From positions 1 to 64,000 of the forward strand of contig DF236958.1 in the NCBI GenBank assembly GCA_000708835.1: a stretch of DNA of 64,000 bases, given 5' to 3'. Source of the stretch: Klebsormidium nitens (taxonomy: Eukaryota > Plantae > Klebsormidiophyceae). Under the pieces are notes generated by a model. That model had not been told where the DNA came from. It worked only from the letters and a program-made list of their open reading frames with translations, and did no database searches. Each line of letters starts with the position of its first letter. Position 1 is the stretch's first letter. Positions 44,663 to 57,600 of this stretch are shown here, one piece after another. The position numbers were made by a program, and so were the translations under genes.

Positions 44663-47600
44663 CTAACGTTTCCTTTTCTTGCCCAGTATGGGAGCCATGT
44701 TATAGATGGAGTCTTTACGTTGCCGCCATTGCGTGAAGCTCTGCATCGACTGCCTGCCGGCCTCGAAGACTGCAAAATTGAGGGCAAAATTAGTTACGTG
44801 CTCCTGGAAAGTGGCTCTCACGCAGAAACGGAACGACACTCCTAGCTGGAGCAAGCTGGAGTGTGGTCTATCCGCAAAGTCTAGAACCTCTTACGGCGGC
44901 TACTCAAGAGTGGCCGCGTGGTCTTCAGCCAGCGTGGCACAAGGAGACTGGTTCGTTAAACCAAAGGCATTCATTTCGTGTCGGTCCTCAAGCCGGACTT
45001 GCCGCCAATTTCCCTTGCAGAAAGGAGTCTATGCTTGACTTGAGCAGAAGAAGCACTGTGACTGAATTGCAATCTGAGCAAATTCACTGCCAAACGTCCC
45101 AATACATCCAACGCCAAGAATGAGCATCAGTCTACCTTCACTTTCTTTCTGATAGTCAGCCTCGCCGAGACTCCCATCAACCCCGAGAATCTCGACGCCA
45201 GAGTAAGATTGCAAGCGTGAACCCCGTCCATGTCCAAGACCGTCTCAAGGCTCTCAACAAGCGTAAGTGATGTTCCTGGACGCTTCTCTTGTCGAGTTGT
45301 GCTTCCTACAATTCAGCATTTTCGAAGCCCTTCGTAACTCCAGCCGTTCAACGCCCCAAACCCTCCGAACTCGCAACATCTTAATCTCAAGTCGGGCTGA
45401 GGCAAGGGTCGAAGTCTCACTCCGAATCTCCTCTCGCGTCATGATCCTCTTGAGGGCTTGAACGTCTTCATCGGGCGCGAAGTGACTCTGCAGGAGCAAG
45501 TCCTTGTAGCGCCCCCGGAATGTGATCAGGAGAAAGTCTGCCAGCTCAGCGTTGTTGTCTCTGCGGCAAAGATAAAAATACTCTTATTAGCAATGGAGAC
45601 TAAAGGTCAACATCGAACGCCAACAATCGATTCAACCTCGAAGGGTCTCCATGATCGAGTCGCAAGCGTGCTGGAGGTCGGGTGGAGTTTCTCAAGTAGT
45701 GGCCCGTAGGTCCTATGTCATGAGATACTGAACCACCGAAAGGGTTGAAAAAGCAGTCAACGCAGCAAAGCGTTGACAGGGAGAAAAATAGCGTATTAGT
45801 GTCATCGCACAACGTTTGCTGCGTGAGAGACGCACGGGGCAAGGCCTTCCTTTAGGACGTAAGCAAGGCAACCGTTTTGCTAGATTGTTGGGGAGAAAGG
45901 CGAGCCAGGGGGTTGGGGAATAAACACTCACAGGATTCTGCAAAGGCTCCTTCCAAAGGCGTAGAAGAAGGCGCTGCGCTCTCTCAAATTGACCACCCCC
46001 GGGTCCGCCTGGATGTCTTTCTTGACCCTGCAAAGGAAATGCAAATGTTGGGCAAGCACAAGGTGAGCACGAGTCAGGAAATTTGTATGTTTACGGGGAC
46101 TGGGCGGGATGATACCGGATCGCTTGTGAGCAACCGCTGGATTCGTATGGCTCCTTGTAGAATCTTCCTTGAGGGGAGGCTGCTAATCTTCCGTTCTGAA
46201 GAAAAGGGGAGTGGGGGAGGCAAAAATCAGTAACTTTTAGCCGGATGTCCCTTGCATTCTAGTGCCAAACGAAGCTTGCCTCCTCGACCAGCAGCTTATC
46301 AAGAGGGTGCCGGGAGACATATCCAAGACATAATACAAGTTGCATGATGGCAATCTCACTCGGTCTACGCGCATCAAAGAAGATGCAACGGGGCCTTTGG
46401 GGGGTTGACAGCCAGAATAGACTGCTCCAACCTGCTTCTAGACGCTCAGTTTAAGGCAGAGCGGAGCATGGCAACAAGTAGCAGGGAAGCTTTTCGATTG
46501 TCTGGATCCGCAACTCAAACGTTGAGGAAAGTATTTTTCTCCCATTTAAGCGGAATTGAGCGGGCAATGACCAGATCCCTGAGCCTGACACAGCCTCTGG
46601 CTACGGTCTGCTTCTCTAACCAGATTGCTGTGTAGACCGTCACATGAAGCAGTGCCAAGTCTGAAAGGGCCTCAAGAAGTACAGCCCTTTTCCAAAAGCT
46701 CACCTCTCATTGAAGCATTTTGGCGTGCGGACCTCAACAAAGCGCTTCTCGCTGAGTTGCCCCTTAGTCAGCCACTGGGGGAGATCAACTTTCACCCCTT
46801 CCGCCAGCTGCACGGAAGAAAATTTTTGAAGCTTGGTCCTCAAAATTATAGACCCTATACATGCCTGCGGTGGTGTATCCGCTTTCGAATATGTCTAATC
46901 TTCTGAAGCGGGGATTTGTTGCCGGTGCATTTTGACAAGGGTTTATGTCTCAAAGCTCACCCCGAAGAGCCCGCACAAACCTCAATCAAAAAGTTGGATT
47001 ACAAGTCCGCAGACTTGTTGCAGCAGCGTTCACAAGAACCACCTACAGCTGATTGACTTCCCCCTTTTACGCACTGCACCTTCTAAACCCCAAGAAAAGT
47101 GTATCCATAACAGGTTTTCAGGCTTCAGGTTCATTGTGAGCAGGTTAGGAGAAGGTAAACCACTGTGCTTTGCCGCTGCTCTGTGCTTTTGTGAGGGTGC
47201 ACACGCAGAGAGCTGGGACTGTAGTGCTTGGTTCTGCCAGCAGAGGAAACAACTTGTATAGATAGCACATTGACATCAACATAGATTCAGATGTAAGAAA
47301 CACCAGTGCTATACAGACTGGGGAAAGTGGAGCTACTCACGTCGTCATCGTCACAGCTTGGGTCAAGCGCTCTCCCGACGCCTGTGACACTTGTCAGGAA
47401 TAGCACCGGCACTCTCTGCATGACATTGAGCCTCGCGTCAATTCGCAGACTTTTGTTCCCACCGATTTTGCAATGTATCATGCGTACGCATGCTTGAGAT
47501 ATTCAACATCCTTCTGATCTGACCTGCTGACCAAGTTCGAAGCCTCTGAGTGTCAGCTAGGTGGACGGGATAAGAAACCACATTAGGGTTTCAGATCTTG

Positions 47601-47699
47601 GTGCGGTGATCACTCTGGTGAATAAAAGCACCATACCTCTTCCTCTGCCAGGATAGCTTCTAGATCAAAGTAGTCCGCTCCAATTGCAGATGCCCCCAT
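44663..47699 (-). CDS. PSF3: GINS complex subunit PSF3 (6 exons)
   Basis: Spliced reading MGASAIGADYFDLEAILAEEE/RVPVLF..GVGRALDPSCDDDD/LAEGVKVDLPQWL/VKKDIQADPGVVNLRERSAFFYAFG/FRGRYKDLL..MTREE/IFEAGRQSMQSFTQWR...LGKKRKR*. Confidence 0.92.
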
Positions 47700-49635
47700 G
47701 CCAGCCTGTTGTTAACCTAGTAACAGACATCGGTGCACCACCCGGGTCATCAAGAGTTCAGTCTACACATCGGAGTTGGCAGGTTGAACAGAACTTAAAA
47801 ATTATAGCAAGTGTATCTTCCTACCCAAAAAGCGCAGAGCCAGTCAAAGAGCTCTCAACCTCTGATGTCAGAACTCTACCTTCCTGTGTTTTCTACGATT
47901 TTGCGTCTAGGCTTGCTGATGGCATCGTCTAACCTCACGTTGTCGTATTTGGCACAAGTTAGACCTGTCCGGCTTGCTTGCTGCTGATGCATACCCACAA
48001 GCTACTTACGGTAGGCTTCTATTGCCTAGAAGTCACAAACCTTTCTCTGCTCAGAATCACTCTCTCCAGGCTCAGATGAAAGACTTGAAGGGCGCCAGTT
48101 GAAGCAGCTTCATCGGACATCCTTCTCCTAGCTCAGGTTTGAATTTGAACTTGGAACTTGGAGCGCCAGTGTGTGCAAGGTTGCGCTTTCAAACTTCTTC
48201 CCGCCACCCGTAACCCAACTTGAACTTGAAGGTATGGTTGGTCGTGCACATTAGCATATATGAGCCGTCCGATGAGACTTTTGTGAAGATGACCCGTCCG
48301 ATCCATCTCGAAACATGGGTCTGGGGCCCCGGGTCACGTCACTAATTGCACCGTCCACGCGACGCCTCCGGGGGCCGGCCGCGCGGCGCGCTGTCACTCC
48401 GAGTGACAACTTGAATGACTGAGCGGAGCTCACTGGTGCGCGGCGACAGGCCGCCGCGTTGGAGATCATCAGATGGGCATCATTGCACGCTCATTGCGGT
48501 AGCGCTCATAGGCCAGGGCCTTCCTTACCACCCCCAGGCTAAAATCCGCACAGACGACAAGGATCTGCTGGGCTGATAGCCGTGTTCAATATGGAGAGTA
48601 GACATAACCGAGTTCAATCGCGACTAAGCTGCGACCGTGGCCTGGCATGAATAATAGGGGCTTTACGTGGCCAAGGGGTTTCAGGTCGTTGATTCCGCTA
48701 ACTTTTTTGTCCACAGTTTTCTCTCTTCGGGGGGACACGGGCTCAAGTTATTCTCTCTGTTGCTTCAAAGCGACGAGATTATGGGCGGTGGCAAGGACGG
48801 CGGCCGTCGTTGTGTCGTGTCTTGATCCTGCAATTCTGCAGTCACACGACTTGCGATTAGTACATTAGTGGCACAACGTACCAACGCCGGCAGGGGTCCG
48901 AGCGCATGCAACAGGATTATTACAGCGGTCTGCGTGAAACTTGTCACGCCGAGCGGAGCACCCGTGTCCACGGTATTTCGGTGCGACACCCTGCACGATC
49001 AGTGACGTCACGAGTGCCGGATGATCTGGACATCCAAGCCGTCGACTCATGCGGATGAATTGAAATTCAGGGTGTCTTCCGATCGGCGGTCAAGACGTCA
49101 CGGATCGTGCAAGGCAAGGCAGCGCCGAGATCGTGCACATCATTTTGTTGTCGGCGACTTTGTGACAAGTTTCACGCACAAAGCTGCAATGCGAGGCCGG
49201 TGCAAGGTCGGCGCTGTGGTGTGGCCAGTCCTGCTTGACGCCCAGAATCAAGTTCGTTTGGAGTTCCAGCGGTTGTTACCTGCACGACCTCGACAGAATG
49301 GGAAGTGCAAACAGCTCAGACATGAACTCTGAAACTTGTTTCGACTGGCTGTTTGAACATTGGCAACATGTCTTGTACTAAGATTCAGGGTTTTGTTTGA
49401 CCGAACCAACAAGGGCTGAGACGACACTGTACATTACTCCTAATGAAAATCGAACCGTCTTCGCTTTTAAATCCCGCAACTGGCTTTCTAAGGCTGTTTG
49501 AAAGTCCGGAGGCAGCGGCGTCAAGGCGCCTGTGTAGCCACGGCCTGTTCTCTTACTGCTTGAGACACTTCCAAATCTTGTTCGAAACGTTAAGCACATT
49601 GACCAGCAATTACAGCCGACGCTTCAACGACGGTC

Positions 49636-52236
49636 TCAATTCGTGGGCTTCGACTTGATCATTTCCGCGAGCCAGTCTATGCCCTCTTCAACCCCCTCGC
49701 CCGTGAGCGCATTGCTGGCGAGGATGTTCCAAGGCTTGTCCTGCAAAGGACATGTTGTCGGTGTGTGAGATAATGCGAGCCTCATGCTCATTCTTGTCAA
49801 ACTGGTCATCTCTGAGCTTGCGTTTGTCTCGAGCCCTGCTGAGGGAGAAGCTGCCACACTTGGACTTGCGAAACCAACAATCACACTGAAAAGTTTTCAC
49901 GAAGTTTTCACAAAGCTTTCTTTCAAGCCTTTGACACGAATAACCCGTGACGCCCCTCGATGACGTCCTCTCGCTTTGAGTGACCATCTTAATCCCTGAT
50001 AACTCATGAATGTCAGCCAAGCTTCTAAAAGCATAGCTCAAACTCATTCGCATCTCTGGTTATTGACCAAGCTGCCGTATCTGGAAGTCCGCTGCCCACC
50101 ATAGTCCATCAATCTGCATTCATGTCGTTCGCTTTTGGACCAGCTGGAGTATTAAAGAACAAGCTCCGTAGCCATACTCGAGCGGCAAGAGCTGCCGAGA
50201 ACTGTTCTCTTCAAAAGAGTTTGTGCTTTTCCTTGCAGCGAGACACCCTCATTACTTTTCATTTGTGCTAGACGTTTTCAGTGGGCTTCACACATGCACA
50301 GAACCTGCCGGTGCCTCTCGCGGAAACCCTTCAGAGCCTCCCTTCTTGACACGCTCGTGCAACTTTCTTCTAGACCCTTCCTGGACAGCACTCCAAAACG
50401 AATCCATAACTGAATGACAGCAGTTCTCCTGGCGTCAAAGATCAGTCAGCCTCCATGGTCCCAAATTTATAAAATCCCAGAAATCATTTTCCTCGAACAA
50501 GATGCAAAACCTGCATCCTCCACATACTTTGTTCTCGTCCAGTTGTAGGGCCTGCGCGCACTGCAGCGCCGTCCAGCACTTGGGCACGTCGCTCTTGTTC
50601 GCGTAGAAGAGGAACGGCACTTTCCGCAGGTCCGGGTGTCGAAGCATCAACTCTAGTTCGTCTTTCGCTACGCACATGCGGACCAGGTCTGTAGCGTCGA
50701 TGACGAAGATCACCGCCTGCGAAGAAAGCGGGTTAACGGCAGGATTTGAGAACAGGTTTGAGCAGAAACAGAGGATAAACTTTCTTCATGAGGGTGTACG
50801 GCAAGGGTTGGAGACAGGTGTCCAAATGAGAAGAGGGGATCCGATATCAAGGTTTGTTGGCTGTCGTAGCCAACGCCGATGCTTTAGAGAAAAGGACACT
50901 GCCTCTTCCAAAACAGATGTCCTCTGGATGGATAAGATTATTAAGGAGGATGACCGTGTGTCCGAGTTTGCTTACACAAGCCGACGTAAATCTGGTTTCC
51001 AGACAGCAAGCAGAAGAAAGCAGGTATCGTGTCAACTGAAATTCCCAAAGCCCAGCCCCGTTGCGTGCTACGGAAGCTTGTCTGGAGATTAAGCTCAAGC
51101 AGGCGCTGGGAGAATTGAGTGGGCGTTGCTCCGTATGACTGAAAGGACGCGACCGAAGCAGGATCATGATCAAGCTCGCGCACAACGAACGCGAGGTCAG
51201 ACAAGCTACGAATAAAGTAGAGGTCAGACAAAGTACATCACCTGCGCATCTTTGAAGTACGCTTCCCAAAGGCTCCGATACCTTCCAGCTCCGGACATGT
51301 CGAAGGCGGTGAACTGGATACCATGCTTGAGGAAGGACTCGACCTGGAAGCCGATGGTTGGCACCACGTCCGCTGTCTGCAAAAGCACAGCAGGTTTGTT
51401 GCTCTTGCTGGGGAAATGTCTGCCTCGACTCGACAACATTTCAGAATGGTAAAAACGGTTTGCTAAACCTATAAGCGTCTCCCTTACATCATAAAAATGA
51501 ATTTGATTGGATACCTGACACGCGTGGGCCACCGATAAGTTGAAGCACAATCAAACGTTGGCGGCTTGGAACAATGTTGCGTGCGGCCACTGCCCAGAAA
51601 AATTTAAGACGAAAAGCTTGCAGACCGATTCATGAGCAGACACTGGCAAGCTCCAGATAGCGCTTGCTTGAAGCCCTGCATTTCTTGTATTAGTAGTGAA
51701 AATGTTCAAAGATGTTCCTGTCGATATTTACCATGCGTCAGATCCGAACGAAGTTTTTGGACTAGTGAGTGAGAACCCACATCAATCAGGAGAATTTCTT
51801 TCAGCAGTTGGCATCGGAGACAAAAGAATGTCTTGAGCAGCCCCGGTGCACGGAACTAGGATTAGAGAGGACCAACTGGCTTTCCAATTGAATGCACCTT
51901 CTGCATCACTGAATTTCAACTACTAAACATCTCGTGCACCTTGCGTGGCGCTCAGAACACGTCAAACTCTCACAACACCAGCTTCGACTGGGCTGGTGAG
52001 CGCGCCCAGCTTCTAGTGGTTTTCATCTTCCTTCACGGGCACTCTGCTCTGCTTGCAACACACTTCGACACAAAGCTTCAGAACTATGCTCCAATAAAGA
52101 AACTTACCCGAGCCTTTTTGGGCCTCAGCCGGTTTAGGAGGGTGCTCTTCCCACTGTTATCCAGGCCGACAATGAGCACACCGACCTTCTCTGGGCCCAA
52201 GCCCAGGGCCCTTAGGAAGCGCCTGAAAAGGCCCAT
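49636..52236 (-). CDS. ARL6: ARF-like GTPase ARL6/BBS3 (4 exons)
   Basis: MGLFRR..VLIVGLDNSGKSTLLNRL/TADVVPTIGFQVESF..FTAFDMSGAGRYRSLWEAY/VIFVIDATDLVRMCVAKDELELML..FYANKSD/DKPWNILASNALTGEGVEEGIDWL. Confidence 0.92.
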
Positions 52237-54611
52237 GACTTAATTCCGAGTCTACCGTCAGTTATGTTGCTTCCTTGGCGGAAGCTGTTCTTGTAGAGCT
52301 GAATCATCAAGCCCCATTTTGGGGTATCGGTTATCGGTTGCTTGAAAAGTCTTCCGACCTACGCAGATGTCATGACACCTGGCATGACGGTGTCAGCCGT
52401 TCACTTCAGCCCAAAGCTCAGCCCAAAGCTCATCCCAAACGGTCAGCTGTAGGCCATCTTTGAAACTAGCTCATGCTGATCAGTTGCCCACAAATATCTC
52501 AAAGCTTTGCAGCCTTGCCAGTCTCTGAGGAGGCTCATGAGCTCTTAGAAGCCCATTGGACCGCCTGCTGCCTTTAATCTTTGGTGCTTGTCAGCTGCCT
52601 GGTTTGCGCGCGAGAATTGAAGTAGAATTGAAGACCGAAGAAACCTACTAGGAGCCTCTCAGTCTTACGTACGAGTAATCAGAGCTTGTATTGGCACCTC
52701 GAAAAGCAGTGGTGCTAAGCAATGCTGTGGCTTTTGGCTGGCCAGCCCCTATTACATTCTTGTTTAAGGTCCTTCAGGCGGGGTTCAAGCTGGGTTCAAG
52801 CTGGGTTCAAGCTGGTCTTTTGCTGGCTGGTCTTCAAAACACTGAGCTTATTTCCACTGAAATGCTTATATAAGGAGAGTAAGGAGCGACTTAGCGGACT
52901 CCTTCGTGAGTCCTCCCTTACTTGGATTCAATGCGGAAGCAACGTGGGCAAACCGGCTCTCAATGCCTTTAAGTGTATAGTTCAGTGGAGCCGATCATCC
53001 TGGTGCCAAACTCATCAAGGGTAATGATAGTAAGATAGTAATGCTTGGCAGCTCAAGCTATCTCAAGCAGATCTTTAGACTGACTAAGTTCTCACTCTGC
53101 TCGAGAGCCTGAGGGGCACACGCATGCATTATGCATTGAAAGAGTACACAGCTTCTAATCAAGTCTATGAATCATGCCATAGTATATAGCTTCTACTTAA
53201 ACGCTTTCCTCGAGTCAACCTTTTTGAATTCATCTCTGAGGTTTGCTTTGCAAGTGACCCTGAACGCCGACTCCAGTCCTACTCTTCAACTGAGGTGCAG
53301 CTAACGCTATTTTTGCCGGGGGACTCCTGCAGCTAGAAGTTAGAACAAGCCCCCGAAGTCGTGTCTGTTCCTGAGTCAGATGCGGGCCTGCATGAATTGG
53401 TGAGCCATCTGACAGTCCTCACTGTCCTCATGAGGCAACCGTTTCCTGATTCGCTAAAAAGCTTTGTTGAAACATCGACGGTTGTCACGTGTCCGGCCAT
53501 GTACCGATTCGGCCGGGCTCAGACCTGGCTTAGCGGCCGCGCTCGGACGCCGCGCCGGGCCGCGAGCGCGTCGGTCGTGTCGATCTCGGTTGCACTGATG
53601 CCGGCAGTAAAGATGAACTACTACTGAAACCCTTGGAGAGCGGCCGGCGGCCTCAACCTTGGCCATACTGTGCTGGTCGATCCATACACGTCTGGTCGAT
53701 CCATATAACCGCTGCATTTGGTCACAGCTTTAACACGCTTGGCATATTAAGAAGAGTGAGATATAAAGTACGTACGGCAAACACTTTGGCTGCTCTTGAA
53801 CGATCGAGCAAAGGGTATAATCCAACCCGAAGCCAGCGCGAGTGACTCAACATACCAGCATGACATAAGGTATACACACGTTATCAGGAAGCACGACTTG
53901 CTGAATTATTTTGCATCGATGACATGTACTATAACGTGACAACAGCATATACTGAGATGAATGCAATAAAGATGACCTCCGCCACCTCCCGGCAATGCAA
54001 TGCGATTCGCCGTTCACGGTTAAGTTGAGGGTCCTAAACTTCATTCTCGACCACATGATATATGTAAGCAGTGTTGTTTAAGCGGGTCGCTTTCATGATA
54101 TGAAGGGAATGCTCCCCGGTGTCGTTTACTATCAGCTCGCAATAACGGTGCTCTTCTGCACACCAGCAGGACTCAGATATCGACCACTAGTAGTGGCAGT
54201 CACTAATGGTCCAATGCAGCAAGGTCACAACCAGTGGGACAACATTCTGTAGTGTGTTGGTCAGCATACCCCTTGCTGCTTTGCGAGAATTGGTGGATCA
54301 TTGGATAATCCAGCAGTCCATGGTTCGTTTTCCCCATGAACTGAGTAGCAATTTTTAAACCATAAGGCGCTGCAACCCTGCTAATTGCTACTTCTTCCTC
54401 TTACCAGTCCCATATAATGTCTTTTCAAGTTACTTAAACAGTCCCGGTTCTTTGAGATTGTTAATAATTGGAGTCTTCACTCCTCACCACTGTGTGGTTG
54501 TACAGAACTGCATTGCGCGTAAACGCGTCACTTAACTGTGGACGGGCGAGCTCGACGCTTTTGAGCACATTCCATTCACGATAGCTTATCAGCCAATCGC
54601 CAACCAACAAA

Positions 54612-57600
54612 TCAATCGACCACTAAGAGGTTATTGGCGCTCAGCCCCTCCCCGACGACTGGCCAAGAAGGTGCCAGCTGCCATTTTCCGTCCACAACGA
54701 ACTTGACTTCGTACCTGGAAGCAAGAGCGATGAGCTGACGTCAATTCCGGGGCCATTGATGGCTAGGTAACACTAGCGGAGGCCAAAATAATGAAAGAGT
54801 GTCGAACAAGAGCCGTGCCGGATCACACGATCTACGGTTCTGCGCTTAAACCCTATTCAAAAACCCAAATCGTGTTCTCAGAGCAGAACAACATGAAGAT
54901 GTATAAAGATAGATTTTTAAGGGAAAGATATGTACCAGTTGGAGGCAAGGAGAGGAGATGGTACGCGTAACAGATTACCTCTCACTTGTTTCCCATGGTT
55001 TGTAGCCACGATGGCACCACCAAATCTACGCAAGCAGACGGACACCTGCGTCCCTGTCCGATCTGCCCATCAAAGTAGCGGGGGTCCTCATGCGGTAGCA
55101 AATGTCTCTAAAATCGCACAGAAGCACTTCGGTTCAGAAGTTTCTTGGAAGAAAATGCACTTGCTCGCGCACCTGCCCGGTCGAAGCTGCAGCACGCTTG
55201 AGAAAAGCGTGTACGACCCGGTCGTCTCGGGGGAGAGGTGCTGGCCCCGGGTCCAGCCGTCAAACGAGCCCATCAGCTTCACATCCTGCCAGGAGGCGTC
55301 ACAATTGAGTCAGTCAGTGTGCCGAAGCACCGACTTGTTAACGGCAAAGGAGACACCAAAAGCATGGATAAATGATTACGTGGCTTTTCTGTGGAGATGC
55401 TTGGGGCAGCCAGAATGATGACTCGATCTCCACACGTCATCTTGCGCCAAAGGTGCCGGGCCAGATAAGAACAGCTTCATATTCTATCGCATACGGATCG
55501 TCCTGTACGCATGCTGCTAGGACACAATCAGAGACTCTCTGTACTTTCATAACGTGCGCCAGAAGCAGGAAAGCTGACTATCTTTTGTCACGAGACTTTG
55601 ATCGCACAGCGCTTTGCAGAAGAGTGCGAACGACTCTCACTTTACCCGGCAGCAATGCCATGCCACAGACGGACTTGCGAGAGCGTTTGCGCGCTCTCAT
55701 AGGAAGGTCAAGGTAAAGGGAGCTGCGAAGGGTTTGTGAAGCGCTATGACGTCACGTACCTCCGCAACGCCTAGCCACGTCACCGGCACCTCCCGCAACC
55801 GCACGACGTCCACTTGCTGCAGCTGCCCCGCTAATTGGGAGTGCAAGTCTGCGAAAAGCGTGCTGCTTACTTTAGGGCTTGTATTTCTGAGGTTTCACAA
55901 TCAAAGTTTAGGGTTGTGGCACGGTGTTCGATGCCCGGCTGAAGTGTCATTTTGTTATGAGCTTATGTCCACCCGTAAGTATTCTGACGCGGACAGCTGC
56001 GCTGGATTTTGTATACACTCTTGACACAAGACGAAGCTCGTCCACTTTATCGAACGGCTGAGCCGTGTGATGCGATGGCGTAAGGTATGAACTGGCTGGT
56101 ATGGAACAAGAGGAAGCACTGCAAAGCAGCTTTTGAGACTGGTGCTGAGTAGAAGGCCGTCTCGAAAGCGTCACCTATGTGGACCAAACGACTAAACCTT
56201 CTGATAAGCGGCATGAGCATTTTCCTGAGCGTGGAATTCCGCTCCGCTTTTCGGACGCCAGCAATGGGACAGCCTAAAATATGGTGGGCCACCCTTAGCT
56301 GTATGGTCTGAGGCTTCTCCGCCGCTGCACGATGATGTGTTCTGGACAAAAACCCAGGCCCTGATACGCAGACGTAATCCATCCTGCGACTGCGGAATGA
56401 AAATGAGAAGCACAGATTGGACTGAATTGGAAGGCAAACCAAGGAAAAGGAAAAGTAGGGGACAAGCCCACCTTCTAACCTGGACGCGAGATGCGACTGG
56501 ATGTACCGGCCGTTGATTTTCCTGGTTACAGGCGTTGGGCCGCCGGCTGCGATCTCCTTGGCTATTTCTACCAGAGTCTGCAAGCAGAAAGTGTTGGTCG
56601 CACGGGGCCTGAGCTTTGCGTTGGTGACGATGGGGATGTGGAACATGACGGGATACAGCATTGTTTTTTACCTTTTTCTTTTTCTTATTGTTATTGTTAT
56701 TGTTAATGTTATTGTATGATTATATTATTGTTTAATATTCTTATGAGTATTAATTTTATTACATATTCTTATCATTAAAAGAAGATGTCAAGGCAGAAGG
56801 AGTCGTAATAATGATCAAGGGAGAAGCAAGACTGCCCTGTGAGTGGTCTAGGTAAAAAAGAGACAAGAACTTGATAATGACGAGGAAAATTGGTACGAGC
56901 CCTCTCGGTTTGTCCAAAATTCTGCAAACCATTTGAACCTCGCCGATCATCAAGACCAACGCAAAAGGCCTGTACAGGATACTAAGACGAGATTGGATGA
57001 CATTTCCGGCGTCAAGAAGAAAGGAGCATTGGAGGGTGCTGACTGACCTTAAGCTCTGTTTGCAGCGCCCCAAGAAACAACGTGCTCTCATTCACTGCCG
57101 CGTCGCGTGCGCTTATCTGCAAGGAAGCCCGTCAGAGGAACAGATAAGAGATGCCCAGAAACCACCTTGTTAGGGTGCGGTAGATACCCTGCTAACCCGC
57201 AAATCTGTTTTACAAGATCTGCACAAGGGTATTACGAGTGAACGCACAAATTCAAGCAAGATTTCTGATTAATCTCGCTTTGGAGCCGTATTCAGCAAAA
57301 GCAAAAACAGGAGTCTTACGTGAAAAGAATTGAAATCAACGGCTGAAAAGTGGGCAAGGGAGTTTTGTCACCAGGAATTCCTTTCCTAGTCACTGCACAA
57401 CGTTAGTCTGCCGGTCCATAATTTGCCGGATCAGGAGTCTCAGATTCTGACGGCTTTCCACCTCAATGTCAGACGGCGCGCAGAACTGTGTTCAAGAGAT
57501 TTACCAACTTTGGCCCTGTTAGCCGCTCAGGTTAACAAGGAAACACACACACTTCTGGCGGTCGGCTCGGATTAACTAAAACGTATTACCGTCTTACCAA

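Noticed and set aside
48030-48120. Upstream ATG exon (MSDEAAST...) for PSF3
   Set aside because: PSF3 homology begins at the 47699 ATG region and no phase-consistent acceptor was verified.
52778-52815. (GGGTTCAAGCT)x3 micro-repeat
   Set aside because: Short simple tandem with no further structure.
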